Assembly: GCA_038873795.1 (NCBI GenBank)
Contig: JAVZDR010000003.1
Location: 1 to 40,026 of the forward strand
Reading direction: 5' to 3'
Length of the DNA stretch: 40,026 bases
Source of the DNA: Candidatus Micrarchaeaceae archaeon
GTDB lineage: Archaea; Micrarchaeota; Micrarchaeia; Micrarchaeales; CABMGC01
Under the pieces are notes generated by a model. It was given only the letters and a program-made list of their open reading frames with translations, was not told the DNA's origin and made no database searches. Positions within the stretch are counted from its first letter, which is position 1. Each line of letters opens with the position of its first letter. A program made the position numbers and the translations under genes. Below are positions 1-8,506 of this stretch, in pieces.

Positions 1-104
1 CAGAGAAGCTTAAATCTCTTTGCGAAGACAACCCAAATCTGGCGGAATGGCTTGAGAATTGGCTTGAAAAAGTTCTAGATATCAAACAACAGAAAAGGGG
101 TTAG
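1..104 (+). CDS. 3' end of an unknown protein, truncated by the window edge
   Basis: Open frame from nt 3 reads EKLKSLCEDNPNLAEWLENWLEKVLDIKQQKRG, with TAG at 102-104. It converges on the HAD gene stop at 107. Confidence 0.55.
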   Translation, partial: EKLKSLCEDNPNLAEWLENWLEKVLDIKQQKRG

Positions 105-106
105 GA

Positions 107-751
107 TTAATTGCCAAGCGCCTTTCTGATTGCTTCTAAGCTATCAAAAATAAAGTCAGGCTTGGCGCGTTTCAGCGCGGACTTGCTTGACATTCCTCCT
201 AAGACGGCGCATGATGCAATGCCAGCAAACTTTGCGGTAAAAACATCAACAGGCATGTCTCCAATGTAAATGCTTGTGCCCTTTCTTGACCTGAGCGCCC
301 TGATCGCAATATTTATACCTGTTGGATATGGCTTGAATGAATGTATCTCATCAGCTGAAACTATAAAGTCTATGTAGCCTGCCATGCCAAGCATCCTCAA
401 TTCCCTAACCAGCCTGTATTTCTTTGCATCAGAAAAAACTGCGATTTGCTTTCCCTTTTTTTTAAGGTGTTTAAGGAGTTCTACGGAGCCTTCGCGCGGC
501 TTTGGTTTGCCTAAAATAAGGTAGACGCTGTATAAGAATTCATATATGGCACTGCTGTGGATCTCATGCTCTTCGGCACTGCGGATGATTCTAGAATCTG
601 AAACACCTTTCTTGTATTCCCTGGCATGGGCTGTTATGTAGTCCACGCCATAACGCCTTTTGAAGAACTTTGTGAGATGCACTATGAATGTCGATGTTGA
701 GAGTGTGCCATCCCAGTCGAATATGAATGTATTGTAATCTGAAATTCGCAT
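107..751 (-). CDS. HAD-superfamily hydrolase (phosphoglycolate phosphatase-like)
   Basis: Motif I FIFDWDGTL, KPYP and motif IV YIGDMPVD. Start moved to the ATG at 751 (MRISDY...) because the ORF-track extension overlaps the divergent gene. Confidence 0.85.
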   Translation of the reverse strand: MRISDYNTFIFDWDGTLSTSTFIVHLTKFFKRRYGVDYITAHAREYKKGVSDSRIIRSAEEHEIHSSAIYEFLYSVYLILGKPKPREGSVELLKHLKKKGKQIAVFSDAKKYRLVRELRMLGMAGYIDFIVSADEIHSFKPYPTGINIAIRALRSRKGTSIYIGDMPVDVFTAKFAGIASCAVLGGMSSKSALKRAKPDFIFDSLEAIRKALGN

Positions 752-841
752 AGGATTAATAATCTTCTCAACAAATAAAAAAACATATGATGAAAAAGGT
801 GATCGCTGAGCTATTTGCTGTGAAGAGAGATAGGCGGTCTG

Positions 842-1708
842 ATGAATGCAAAGGAAAGTGTTATGCACAAGCTCGGAAAGAACACAATATCGGTTAGTGA
901 TATTGCAAGCCAGTTTTGGTGCGAAAGGCAGATGGAGTTAAACTACATGTATGGAAAAAGGTATACAGAAGCAATGGCCACCGGGAGCAAAATCCATGCG
1001 GAATTGGAGGAGGTTGCGCATGAAAGGCTTGATGCAAAGCCCAAGAGCTTCTTAGATTCCCTCTACAAGTCTGCCTATGAAGACTATTTTGTTATAAAAA
1101 AACTTAGGGAGATAGGAATCGGTCGAGAATTGAAGATCTTTGGCTCTGTAAACGGTTTTGCACTTGTGGGTCAGATAGATGAGCTTTTGCTTAGGAACGG
1201 AAAGGTCACTGTGGTGGAGAACAAAACGGTTGTGGCACAGAGCCCTCCTGGGGAGGCTTTTGTTAAGCCGCATAGAGTGCAGGTCTTGGTTTATATAAAA
1301 ATGCTTGACGACATAAGGAATGGAAGATACACATATAACAACTTCTCTGCGAGCTACGAGCTTGATAAAATGAATCTCTCAAAGGAATTTTCCTCAAGGC
1401 TCAGGGATCTTGGCTTAAGCGAAGAGATAATCAATATCAAAAATGTGTTCAGAAGGATGTTTGATTCTATCTCGCAGATTCCTGAAGTAGACGAGAGTGC
1501 AGAGATACATTACATTGACAAAGAGACGCACGCACAGGCATACTCTGTCAGCGTAAATTATAATAAAGATGAAATCAGAAACATACTTATATATGCGATG
1601 AGATATTGGAATGGAGAAAGGGAGGCAAAACCAGTGGATGAAAAGGAAAAATGGAAATGCAATTCTTGCAGATTTTTCGGCAAGGAGTGCAAGGTGTGGT
1701 GGCATTAG
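842..1708 (+). CDS. Exonuclease V (Exo5)/Cas4-like PD-(D/E)xK nuclease with a 4Fe-4S cluster
   Basis: N-terminal ISVSDIASQFWCERQ, G(S)KIH, GQIDEL...VENKT nuclease core, Q-x-x-x-Y motif and C-terminal KCNSCRFFGKEC (1+3 Cys Fe-S staple). Confidence 0.8.
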   Translation: MNAKESVMHKLGKNTISVSDIASQFWCERQMELNYMYGKRYTEAMATGSKIHAELEEVAHERLDAKPKSFLDSLYKSAYEDYFVIKKLREIGIGRELKIFGSVNGFALVGQIDELLLRNGKVTVVENKTVVAQSPPGEAFVKPHRVQVLVYIKMLDDIRNGRYTYNNFSASYELDKMNLSKEFSSRLRDLGLSEEIINIKNVFRRMFDSISQIPEVDESAEIHYIDKETHAQAYSVSVNYNKDEIRNILIYAMRYWNGEREAKPVDEKEKWKCNSCRFFGKECKVWWH

Positions 1709-4387
1709 ATGACGGTAGAAGGCGTAAAGCTGAGCAAGGAGGCGCTTGCTGAGAGATTCTCCAAGGACTACAAAAGGTATTATTCGGTAGAGCTTTTCGA
1801 GAGGAAGGGCTTCACTAGGCGAAGATGCAAGATATGCGGCAAATACTTCTGGAGCATTGGCGAGAGAGATGTGTGTGAAAATCCAATACATACTCAATAT
1901 AGCTTTTTTAAGGATAAGCCAAGAAGCATAAGCTATACGGAATTCTGGAAGCGCTTTGCTGAATTCTTCAAGAAGAATGGACATAGCGTAATAAATAGAT
2001 ACCCAGTGGTAAGCAGGTGGAGGCCCGACCTTTATTTTACCATAGCAGACGTGCAGGATTTCCAGAGGCTTGAGGATGGGCGCATAAGCTTTGAATACCC
2101 CGCCAACCCGTTGATTGTGCCCCAGATATGCCTGCGTTTTACTGATATAGAGAATGTTGGCGTTACAGGCAGGCACTTTACAGGGTTTATGATGGCTGGC
2201 CAAAAGGCCTTCAACTATCCGAAGGAGGGTTATTGGCGTGACAAGACCATAGAATTAAACTTTGAATTTCTCACTAAAGTCCTAGGCATAGATGAGGAAG
2301 ATATAGTATACAGCGAAGATGCTTGGGCTATGGGGGACTTCTCGGAGTTCGGGCCATGCCTGGAGAGCTATTCAAAGGGTCTTGAGCTGGTAAACAGCGT
2401 CTTCACAGAATTCGAGTATGCAAATGGAAAAATAAACGAGCTTGATGGGAAGGTTGTTGATGTTGGCTGGGGTTTTGAGAGGCTGCTTTGGTACTATACG
2501 GGCCTTGACAATGCATATGAAGCCACATTTGCAAATGTGCTCAAAAAAATAAGCGGTGGAGCGAATATAGACTTTGATACTGCACTATTTAGGAAGTTCG
2601 CTGCTGTATCAGGGGAATTTGATATTACTGAAATGAAAAACCCGCAAGAGATTGAGAGTAAGATACTGAAAGTTGCCGGAATTACAAAATCAGAATACGA
2701 AAGCAAAATAAAACCAATGCAGGCGATGTATGCTATTTTGGATCATCTCCGCACACTGCTATTTGCAATTACTGATGGGGCATTGCCATCTAATATGGGA
2801 GGAGGCTATAACCTTAGAGTAATATTGCGCAGGGCCTTTTCGTTTGCTGAGAAATACAAGCTGAAACTCGATTTTAATGAGATAGCTAAGCTTATTGCAA
2901 GTGACATGGAACCACTTTACCCTGAATTATCGGCTAGCCTTGATACATTTGATAAGGTCATATCCATAGAAAGGGAGAGGTATGCCAAGAGCATGGTGAA
3001 TGCAACACAGATTGCGGAACGCATGATTTCTGCTGGGAAGAGCATTTCTGCAAAAGAACTTAAAACACTTTATGAAAGCAATGGGATCACACCAGAGATG
3101 TTAAGCGAGATAGCTGCGGAGAAGGGCAAAGCCATAGCTATACCAGAAGGCGCCTATAGGGATATATTGGAAGGCGACTTCGCAAAGCCTGAAAAGAAGG
3201 AGAAAATAGACATAGAGCTTCCAAAGTTGCCTAAAACTGAAAAATTATACTATGATTTTGCCACAGAGGCAAAGGCAAAGGTGCTATTTGCGAAAGGAAA
3301 GTACATAGTGCTTGACAAAACTCCCTTCTATCCTGAGGGAGGCGGGCAAGCGGCAGACACTGGCACCATAGGCGGCATTAAGATAAGAGATGTACAAAAA
3401 ATCGGGGATGTGATAGTGCATATTGCTGAGGGCGATGTAGGCAACGAGCTTCGCGCTGGCATGGATGTGAAGGCAATCGTAAATGAGGAGAGGAGAAATA
3501 GGCTTATCGCACATCATACGGCAACGCATCTCGTAAGTGCGGCTGCAAGGGCGATCCTTGGCAAACATGCATGGCAAGAGGGCGCAAGAAAGGATCCAGA
3601 AAAAGCCCATATAGATATATCACATTATGAAAAGCTTACAGGGAAAGAGATAGACGATATAGAAGCAACTGTGAATGATGAGCTTAGAAATGGCATAAGG
3701 GTGCAGGTCAGCGAGATGAAAAGGAATGAGGCAGAAAGCAAGTATGGATTCACAATATATCAGGGCCATGGAATGCCTTCCAAGACAATGAGGATAGTGA
3801 CTATAACCTCTAGCGATGGCTCGCTTATAGATGCGGAAGCATGCGGGGGGCTCCATGCTGTCGGAAGGGAAAATATGATACGCATGATAAAGATAATTGA
3901 TTCATACAGGATACACGATGGTGTCGATAGGATAGTCTTCGTAGCTGGAGACGCAGCAATTGACTATTTCAGAAAAGTACATAAGGAGCTTGAGAGAATA
4001 TCTGAATCTTTGAATTCAGAACCTGAAAATGCCTATGGTGCGCTTCTCAGGCTTCAGGCTTATGCGAAAGGACTTCATAAGAATAATGAGAAGTACAAAG
4101 AGATCATGGGAAGCGAGTTTGGCGCACTTTTGGCCGAAAAAAATAAGGAGAGTGTAGAGAAGGAATTTGGAAAGATGCCCACAGACATAATGCGCAGGAT
4201 AGCCTCAAGTTACATAGCATATAATCCAAAAGGGTACATACTGCTTAGCAATTCCGAAGGCGGCGTAGTCTGCATGAGCGGCAAAGATTCTGCGGTTAAT
4301 GCACTTGAGATGCTGAAGAAAAAATTCGGAAGTAAATTTAAAGGAGGCGGATCAAAGGCCATCGCAGAAGGCCATATAGAGAAGTAG
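1709..4387 (+). CDS. alaS: Alanyl-tRNA synthetase, archaeal type
   Basis: N-terminal CxxC ribbon, RYPVVSRWRPDLYFTIA, VDVGWGFERL, editing-domain HHTATH and ACGGLH motifs, C-terminal GGG DHHA1-like end. Confidence 0.97.
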   Translation: MTVEGVKLSKEALAERFSKDYKRYYSVELFERKGFTRRRCKICGKYFWSIGERDVCENPIHTQYSFFKDKPRSISYTEFWKRFAEFFKKNGHSVINRYPVVSRWRPDLYFTIADVQDFQRLEDGRISFEYPANPLIVPQICLRFTDIENVGVTGRHFTGFMMAGQKAFNYPKEGYWRDKTIELNFEFLTKVLGIDEEDIVYSEDAWAMGDFSEFGPCLESYSKGLELVNSVFTEFEYANGKINELDGKVVDVGWGFERLLWYYTGLDNAYEATFANVLKKISGGANIDFDTALFRKFAAVSGEFDITEMKNPQEIESKILKVAGITKSEYESKIKPMQAMYAILDHLRTLLFAITDGALPSNMGGGYNLRVILRRAFSFAEKYKLKLDFNEIAKLIASDMEPLYPELSASLDTFDKVISIERERYAKSMVNATQIAERMISAGKSISAKELKTLYESNGITPEMLSEIAAEKGKAIAIPEGAYRDILEGDFAKPEKKEKIDIELPKLPKTEKLYYDFATEAKAKVLFAKGKYIVLDKTPFYPEGGGQAADTGTIGGIKIRDVQKIGDVIVHIAEGDVGNELRAGMDVKAIVNEERRNRLIAHHTATHLVSAAARAILGKHAWQEGARKDPEKAHIDISHYEKLTGKEIDDIEATVNDELRNGIRVQVSEMKRNEAESKYGFTIYQGHGMPSKTMRIVTITSSDGSLIDAEACGGLHAVGRENMIRMIKIIDSYRIHDGVDRIVFVAGDAAIDYFRKVHKELERISESLNSEPENAYGALLRLQAYAKGLHKNNEKYKEIMGSEFGALLAEKNKESVEKEFGKMPTDIMRRIASSYIAYNPKGYILLSNSEGGVVCMSGKDSAVNALEMLKKKFGSKFKGGGSKAIAEGHIEK

Positions 4388-4391
4388 CTTG

Positions 4392-4503
4392 GTAAACTAC
4401 CCCGCCAATGAGTGGTGTGGGCTTTCATCGGGATGAACAACATGGAAGACCGTTCAACAAAGTCTGAACATTTGTCATCAGAAAGCTTTGGGAGTAGGTT
4501 TAC
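4392..4503. mobile_element. 112-bp fold-back element with IS200/IS605-like end motif (non-autonomous remnant, tentative)
   Basis: Begins GTAAACTACCCCGCC...GGGCTTTC and ends GAAAGCTTTGGGAGTAGGTTTAC (imperfect inverted copy). Contains nested internal inverted repeats and no transposase. Confidence 0.5.
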
Positions 4504-4617
4504 ACTCATACCCTATATCCATATCCAAACAAGATATTTCGTTAAGTTTGTTTATGCAACAGCAAAACTACTCGCAATTCCCCACGCTTGCGCATGGCCC
4601 CATTGCGAGGCGATTAG

Positions 4618-5169
4618 ATGAAATATTATACTGGTAAGGGAGATAATGGAAATTCTTCAACGATTGCATTTGCCAACATACCTAAAAGCGACCCAATCTT
4701 CGACGCCATAGGCAACGTGGATGAGCTTAACAGTGTGGTGGGCATTGCGATCTTCCACATAAAGGACGAGGCATTGAAAAAGATGCTTGAATCTGTGCAG
4801 AATGATCTATTCATTCTAGGGGCCGAACTTGCGTCTATGCGGAACAACCAACAAATCCCAATAAAAATTGCTGTTAGCGACAAGATGTCAGCCAAGTTGG
4901 AAGAGGAGATCGGAAGGCTTTCAGAGAAACTACCCGAACTGAAAGAATTCGTGATCCCTGGAGGGACTGAGGGAGCCTTATATCTGCAATTTGCACGAAC
5001 TATAGCGAGGAGGGTTGAGCGCAGCATAATTGCTGCTTCTGAAAAGTATAAAATAAGCAGCGAGATTAAAAAATATGCGAATAGACTTTCAACACTGCTC
5101 TTCGTTATGGCCTTGTATGTGAACTTTCAAGAAAAAACTCCAGAAAGGCATCCTAAATATGATGCATAG
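4618..5169 (+). CDS. ATP:cob(I)alamin adenosyltransferase, PduO type
   Basis: YTGKGDNG N-terminus, GNVDELNS, FVIPGG, ARTIARRVER and NRLS motifs. Confidence 0.92.
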   Translation: MKYYTGKGDNGNSSTIAFANIPKSDPIFDAIGNVDELNSVVGIAIFHIKDEALKKMLESVQNDLFILGAELASMRNNQQIPIKIAVSDKMSAKLEEEIGRLSEKLPELKEFVIPGGTEGALYLQFARTIARRVERSIIAASEKYKISSEIKKYANRLSTLLFVMALYVNFQEKTPERHPKYDA

Positions 5170-5628
5170 CTATACATTGAAGTATTCCTTGAATTTTGTT
5201 GTTGTATACAACTTCTTGCTCCTTCCACTCTTTTTTGATGCTATGAATTCCTTTTCCGAGAGTTCCTTTACATATGCATATGTGGTTTCCCCAAAAATCT
5301 TCACCATATCGCTCTGCAGTACTCCCTCATTCTTACTCACATAAGCCAAAATTCTAAGCGCACCTTTCGTTATCTCAGGGCCTGTTGCGAGCTTGCTTAC
5401 CATCGAGGCATAAGGCTCCTTAACATTGATTGTATATTTTCCGCCAATTTCTGAAATTTCAAGGGGCGTATTCCGCGTGGCGAAGTCGTTTGTTAATTCC
5501 TTCAGGAGTGATTCGATATGCCCTGGTGATGCTATGCCTGTTATATCGGACAGCTCCCTTATGCTCAATGGATTCTGCGACATGAAAAGCGCCGCTTCAA
5601 TTAGTTTTATGTAATCGACATTCTCCAT
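5170..5628 (-). CDS. scpB: SMC-Scp complex subunit ScpB
   Basis: IEAALF start, ALRILAYV, second winged helix and C-terminal YTTTKFKEYF. Directly downstream of scpA. Confidence 0.9.
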   Translation of the reverse strand: MENVDYIKLIEAALFMSQNPLSIRELSDITGIASPGHIESLLKELTNDFATRNTPLEISEIGGKYTINVKEPYASMVSKLATGPEITKGALRILAYVSKNEGVLQSDMVKIFGETTYAYVKELSEKEFIASKKSGRSKKLYTTTKFKEYFNV

Positions 5629-5632
5629 TGCA

Positions 5633-6349
5633 TCAGCTATTCAGCATTATGAATATTTCTCCAAAAAATTTTTCTTGGGTCATAATTATTTTGTTTCTAT
5701 GCGCGAGAAACAGCAATGGAACAAATACCCTGAGCAGAACATCTTCGCCCCTTGAAACCTCCAACAGCCTGCTGAACGTAAGCATTTTTTCTTTATCAAT
5801 GTTGCGCACTATTACCTTGTAGAGGCTCTCTATGGTTTCTTCGATGTTAGTGGTATCCAGATGCATTGGTACACTTACCTGAGTGGCATGCATCTGCGTC
5901 TCCCTTATCTTCTTAAGCTGCATAGCTTCGTCAAGCGCTTCTATAAGCTCTTGTAGGGTCACTCTTCTCTTAGGGGCCAGTCTGAATCTTGGCACGAGCT
6001 CCTCTATAGGGATCGGGCCGCGCTGCACGGTGCTTATTTCATCTGTGCCTTCGGTGGTTTCATCATACAATTCTATTGTTTCGCTTTTAAATCTGAGGAG
6101 TATGGAGGCTGCAAGTATTATGTTTGCGGGCATATGCAAATCTAGTATTTTCATCAGCTTTATCGCATCTATGTACTTGTCTACTATCTCTATTATATCT
6201 ATGTTCCACGGGTCGATTTTATTCTTCCTAACAAGCTCCAGGAGGAGGTCTTTCCATGTTGCCTCACTTACTAGCTCCTCTAAATCTATGCTGCTGCCAT
6301 TGTTGCCCATGGCTACGGCTTCTCCAAACGCATTCTCGCCAGTCGCCAT
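5633..6349 (-). CDS. scpA: Kleisin ScpA
   Basis: IDPWNIDI, ILAASILLRFKS, VTLQELIEAL, C-terminal FVPLLFLA...QEKFFGEI. Start placed at the ATG at 6349; the exact start is uncertain. Confidence 0.9.
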   Translation of the reverse strand: MATGENAFGEAVAMGNNGSSIDLEELVSEATWKDLLLELVRKNKIDPWNIDIIEIVDKYIDAIKLMKILDLHMPANIILAASILLRFKSETIELYDETTEGTDEISTVQRGPIPIEELVPRFRLAPKRRVTLQELIEALDEAMQLKKIRETQMHATQVSVPMHLDTTNIEETIESLYKVIVRNIDKEKMLTFSRLLEVSRGEDVLLRVFVPLLFLAHRNKIIMTQEKFFGEIFIMLNS

Positions 6350-6410
6350 GATATTACTTTGTTGAGAAGTAATAAATAACTTACTGGGCAATTATGTTTT
6401 CGGGGGTATT

Positions 6411-7559
6411 TTGTATATAAGGGATCCACTTCTAGGCAACATAATTCTCACGAATGTGGAGAAGGCAATAATCTCGACAAAGTATATGCAGAGGCTCAAT
6501 TACATAAAGCAGCTTGGATTCGTTTACCTGGTATACCCAAGCGCAAACAATTCCAGGTTCGAGCATTCGCTTGGCACAATGCAGATAACTAAGGAGATAG
6601 CAAAAAATGTCTTTAAGAGGATAACAAGCGATGAACTTGAGGAGCTTGCGTGCGGTGCGCTGCTGCATGATATAGGACATAGCCCTTTCTCCCACGCATC
6701 TGAGGCAGTCATGGAAAGATATTTGAAGAAGAACCATATGGATATAGGAGAGGAGATTGTAAAGAAAACTGAGATAAGAGATATACTTGAGAAAAAGGGA
6801 TTGTCAGTAAAGGAAGTTATACGCAATATGCATGGCCTTGGAAGAGGAGGCATAATAGGAGGCAGCCTTGGCTCAGACAGGATAGATTATCTGCTCAGGG
6901 ATTCATACCACATAGGCGTCGCATACGGCGTAATAGATTACAATAGGATAAAGAACAAGGTAGCATTTGACAGCGAGCCAGTAATATACGAAGAGGGGAT
7001 AGAGGGTGCAGAATCGACACTCATAGCAAGATATTTCATGTTTACCTCAGTCTATGATCACCATACTTCCATAATAGCAGCAGAGATGTTCAGAAAGGCG
7101 CTTAATAGCGCAATAGAGGCCGGTGAATTTGATCCTAAAGAGCTGAGCACGCTCACTGATTACCAGCTTATGTACAAGCTTTCAGAGTGCAAGAATTCAA
7201 GGGATATTATAGAACGGATAAATGAGAGGCGCCTGTTCAAGAGAGCTATTTATGAGGATGTAAGTGATGTGAAAAACCCAGCTGGCGTACTCAAAGAAAT
7301 AGCCGAGGCGCTGGAAGGCGCGGGGATAAGCAGAGACAAATTTGTGACAAGATTGATAGAATACAAAAGCAACGACAATGATATGCCAGTAATAAATAAG
7401 AGAGGCGATAGAATAGGCATGCTCAGCGAAATGTCGCCGCTTGTAAAGGCTCTGATAAGCATACTCAGCAACAGAAAGAAAATGCTTGTGGCGACGACTG
7501 TGGAAAGCAGGAAAAAGGCTGAGCGCATAGCCAGGAAAATAGTCGATGCATCAAAGTAA
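6411..7559 (+). CDS. HD-domain phosphohydrolase (dNTP triphosphohydrolase/SAMHD1-like)
   Basis: QRLNYIKQLG, RFEHSLG, LLHDIGHSPFSH, DRIDYLLRD and VYDHH motifs. Confidence 0.9.
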   Translation: MYIRDPLLGNIILTNVEKAIISTKYMQRLNYIKQLGFVYLVYPSANNSRFEHSLGTMQITKEIAKNVFKRITSDELEELACGALLHDIGHSPFSHASEAVMERYLKKNHMDIGEEIVKKTEIRDILEKKGLSVKEVIRNMHGLGRGGIIGGSLGSDRIDYLLRDSYHIGVAYGVIDYNRIKNKVAFDSEPVIYEEGIEGAESTLIARYFMFTSVYDHHTSIIAAEMFRKALNSAIEAGEFDPKELSTLTDYQLMYKLSECKNSRDIIERINERRLFKRAIYEDVSDVKNPAGVLKEIAEALEGAGISRDKFVTRLIEYKSNDNDMPVINKRGDRIGMLSEMSPLVKALISILSNRKKMLVATTVESRKKAERIARKIVDASK

Positions 7560-8303
7560 ATTCCTGTAGCTTTTTATTAAGAATCCATTTTCTTTGCTTA
7601 CTGGCATTCTGGAGCCTATTCTGTCAAGCAGCATTTCCTTGCTCATGTTCTTGAGGCAGAGTATTACCATGTTGCTTACGTTTGGTATGTAGATTGTGTG
7701 TATTTCAAATGTTTCCGAAAGGTCCTGCTCAAATTTTATGAACTGCCTGTCGAATACCGACCCTATCGCATTTATGGCGAGAACTCCATTCTCCTTTAGC
7801 GCCCTGTAGGATAGTTCTATGAACTCCTTTGTCAAGAATTTTGGAGGTATAGAACTGCCTTCGTAGGCGTCAAGTATTATTATATCATAAGCGCTATTGG
7901 CTGATGAAACGTAGTCGTAGCCATCCGCATTTATGATATTTGCCTTGATCTCTGGGTAGAACTGCTTTGCTATTTCTATTACGTCTTTGTATATCTCGAC
8001 AATATCTATGTCTATTTTGTCCTTGAGGAAATAATTCATTTGATAAGGTATTGTGCCGCCGCCAAGTCCTATTATGAGGACCTTTGGCCTTTCAAATACA
8101 TATGCCAAGGGCAGGAAGTAGTCCCAATAGCTATGTGTAAAAACAGAATCTTTTTTGATCCTTGAATAGACATTGCCATTGTAGAGGAATTCTTTTTCTT
8201 TTGTTATTGTGTTTTCCCTTATAGTAAGGCTGTGGCTGCCATTGTTGCTGGAAGCAATTGTTTTGTACCCGAACAGTTGCATTACTTTATCTTTGAGGCT
8301 CAC
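7551..8303 (-). CDS. Spermidine synthase-like SAM-dependent transferase
   Basis: VLIIGLGGG, DIVEI, ADGYDY, YDIIILDAY and LKENGVLAIN. Confidence 0.8.
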   Translation of the reverse strand: MSLKDKVMQLFGYKTIASSNNGSHSLTIRENTITKEKEFLYNGNVYSRIKKDSVFTHSYWDYFLPLAYVFERPKVLIIGLGGGTIPYQMNYFLKDKIDIDIVEIYKDVIEIAKQFYPEIKANIINADGYDYVSSANSAYDIIILDAYEGSSIPPKFLTKEFIELSYRALKENGVLAINAIGSVFDRQFIKFEQDLSETFEIHTIYIPNVSNMVILCLKNMSKEMLLDRIGSRMPVSKENGFLIKSYRNLL

Positions 8304-8322
8304 GCAATCATTCTTTTATAAG

Positions 8323-8446
8323 CGCCAGGGTTGGGATTTGAACCCAAAATTCCGCGAGGAAACCGGTTTACCTTTTGCATCATTGATCAGCTCTTGAAGC
8401 TTTGCAAGCTCAAGACCGGCGCATTACCGGATTCTGCCACCCTGGC
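8323..8446 (-). tRNA. tRNA-Ser(UGA) with a 40-nt intron at 37/38 (intron 8369-8408)
   Basis: Acceptor GCCAGGG/CCCTGGC with G73, anticodon arm CCGGT-CT-TGA-G|intron|A-ACCGG, long variable arm TTCC-TCGC-GGAA, T-arm GGTTCAAATCC. CCA is not encoded. Confidence 0.88.
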
Positions 8447-8470
8447 ACTGTAAAAATAAGGATGATTAAA

Positions 8471-8481
8471 GTATAAAACCC
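8471..8481 (-). promoter_or_regulatory. Putative TATA box of tRNA-Ser
   Basis: GGGTTTTATAC on the minus strand, about 25-35 nt upstream of the tRNA 5' end. A near-identical GGGTTTTTATAC precedes the 901-aa gene. Confidence 0.5.
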
Positions 8482-8506
8482 TAACTAATGCGCAACATGC
8501 AGAGAA

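Noticed and set aside
842-1708. Cas4-like gene as evidence of a CRISPR-Cas locus
   Set aside because: No other cas genes and no repeat-spacer array were seen anywhere in the window.
4388-4617. Cobalamin riboswitch upstream of the PduO gene, and the 69-aa ORF at 4412-4621
   Set aside because: I could not find B12-box consensus elements. The structure is better explained as an IS-end-like fold-back, and the ORF has no protein-like features.
8323-8446. Alternative reading as tRNA-Thr(GGU) with an intron at 33/34
   Set aside because: The long variable arm, G73 and the GCCAGGG acceptor all indicate Ser.
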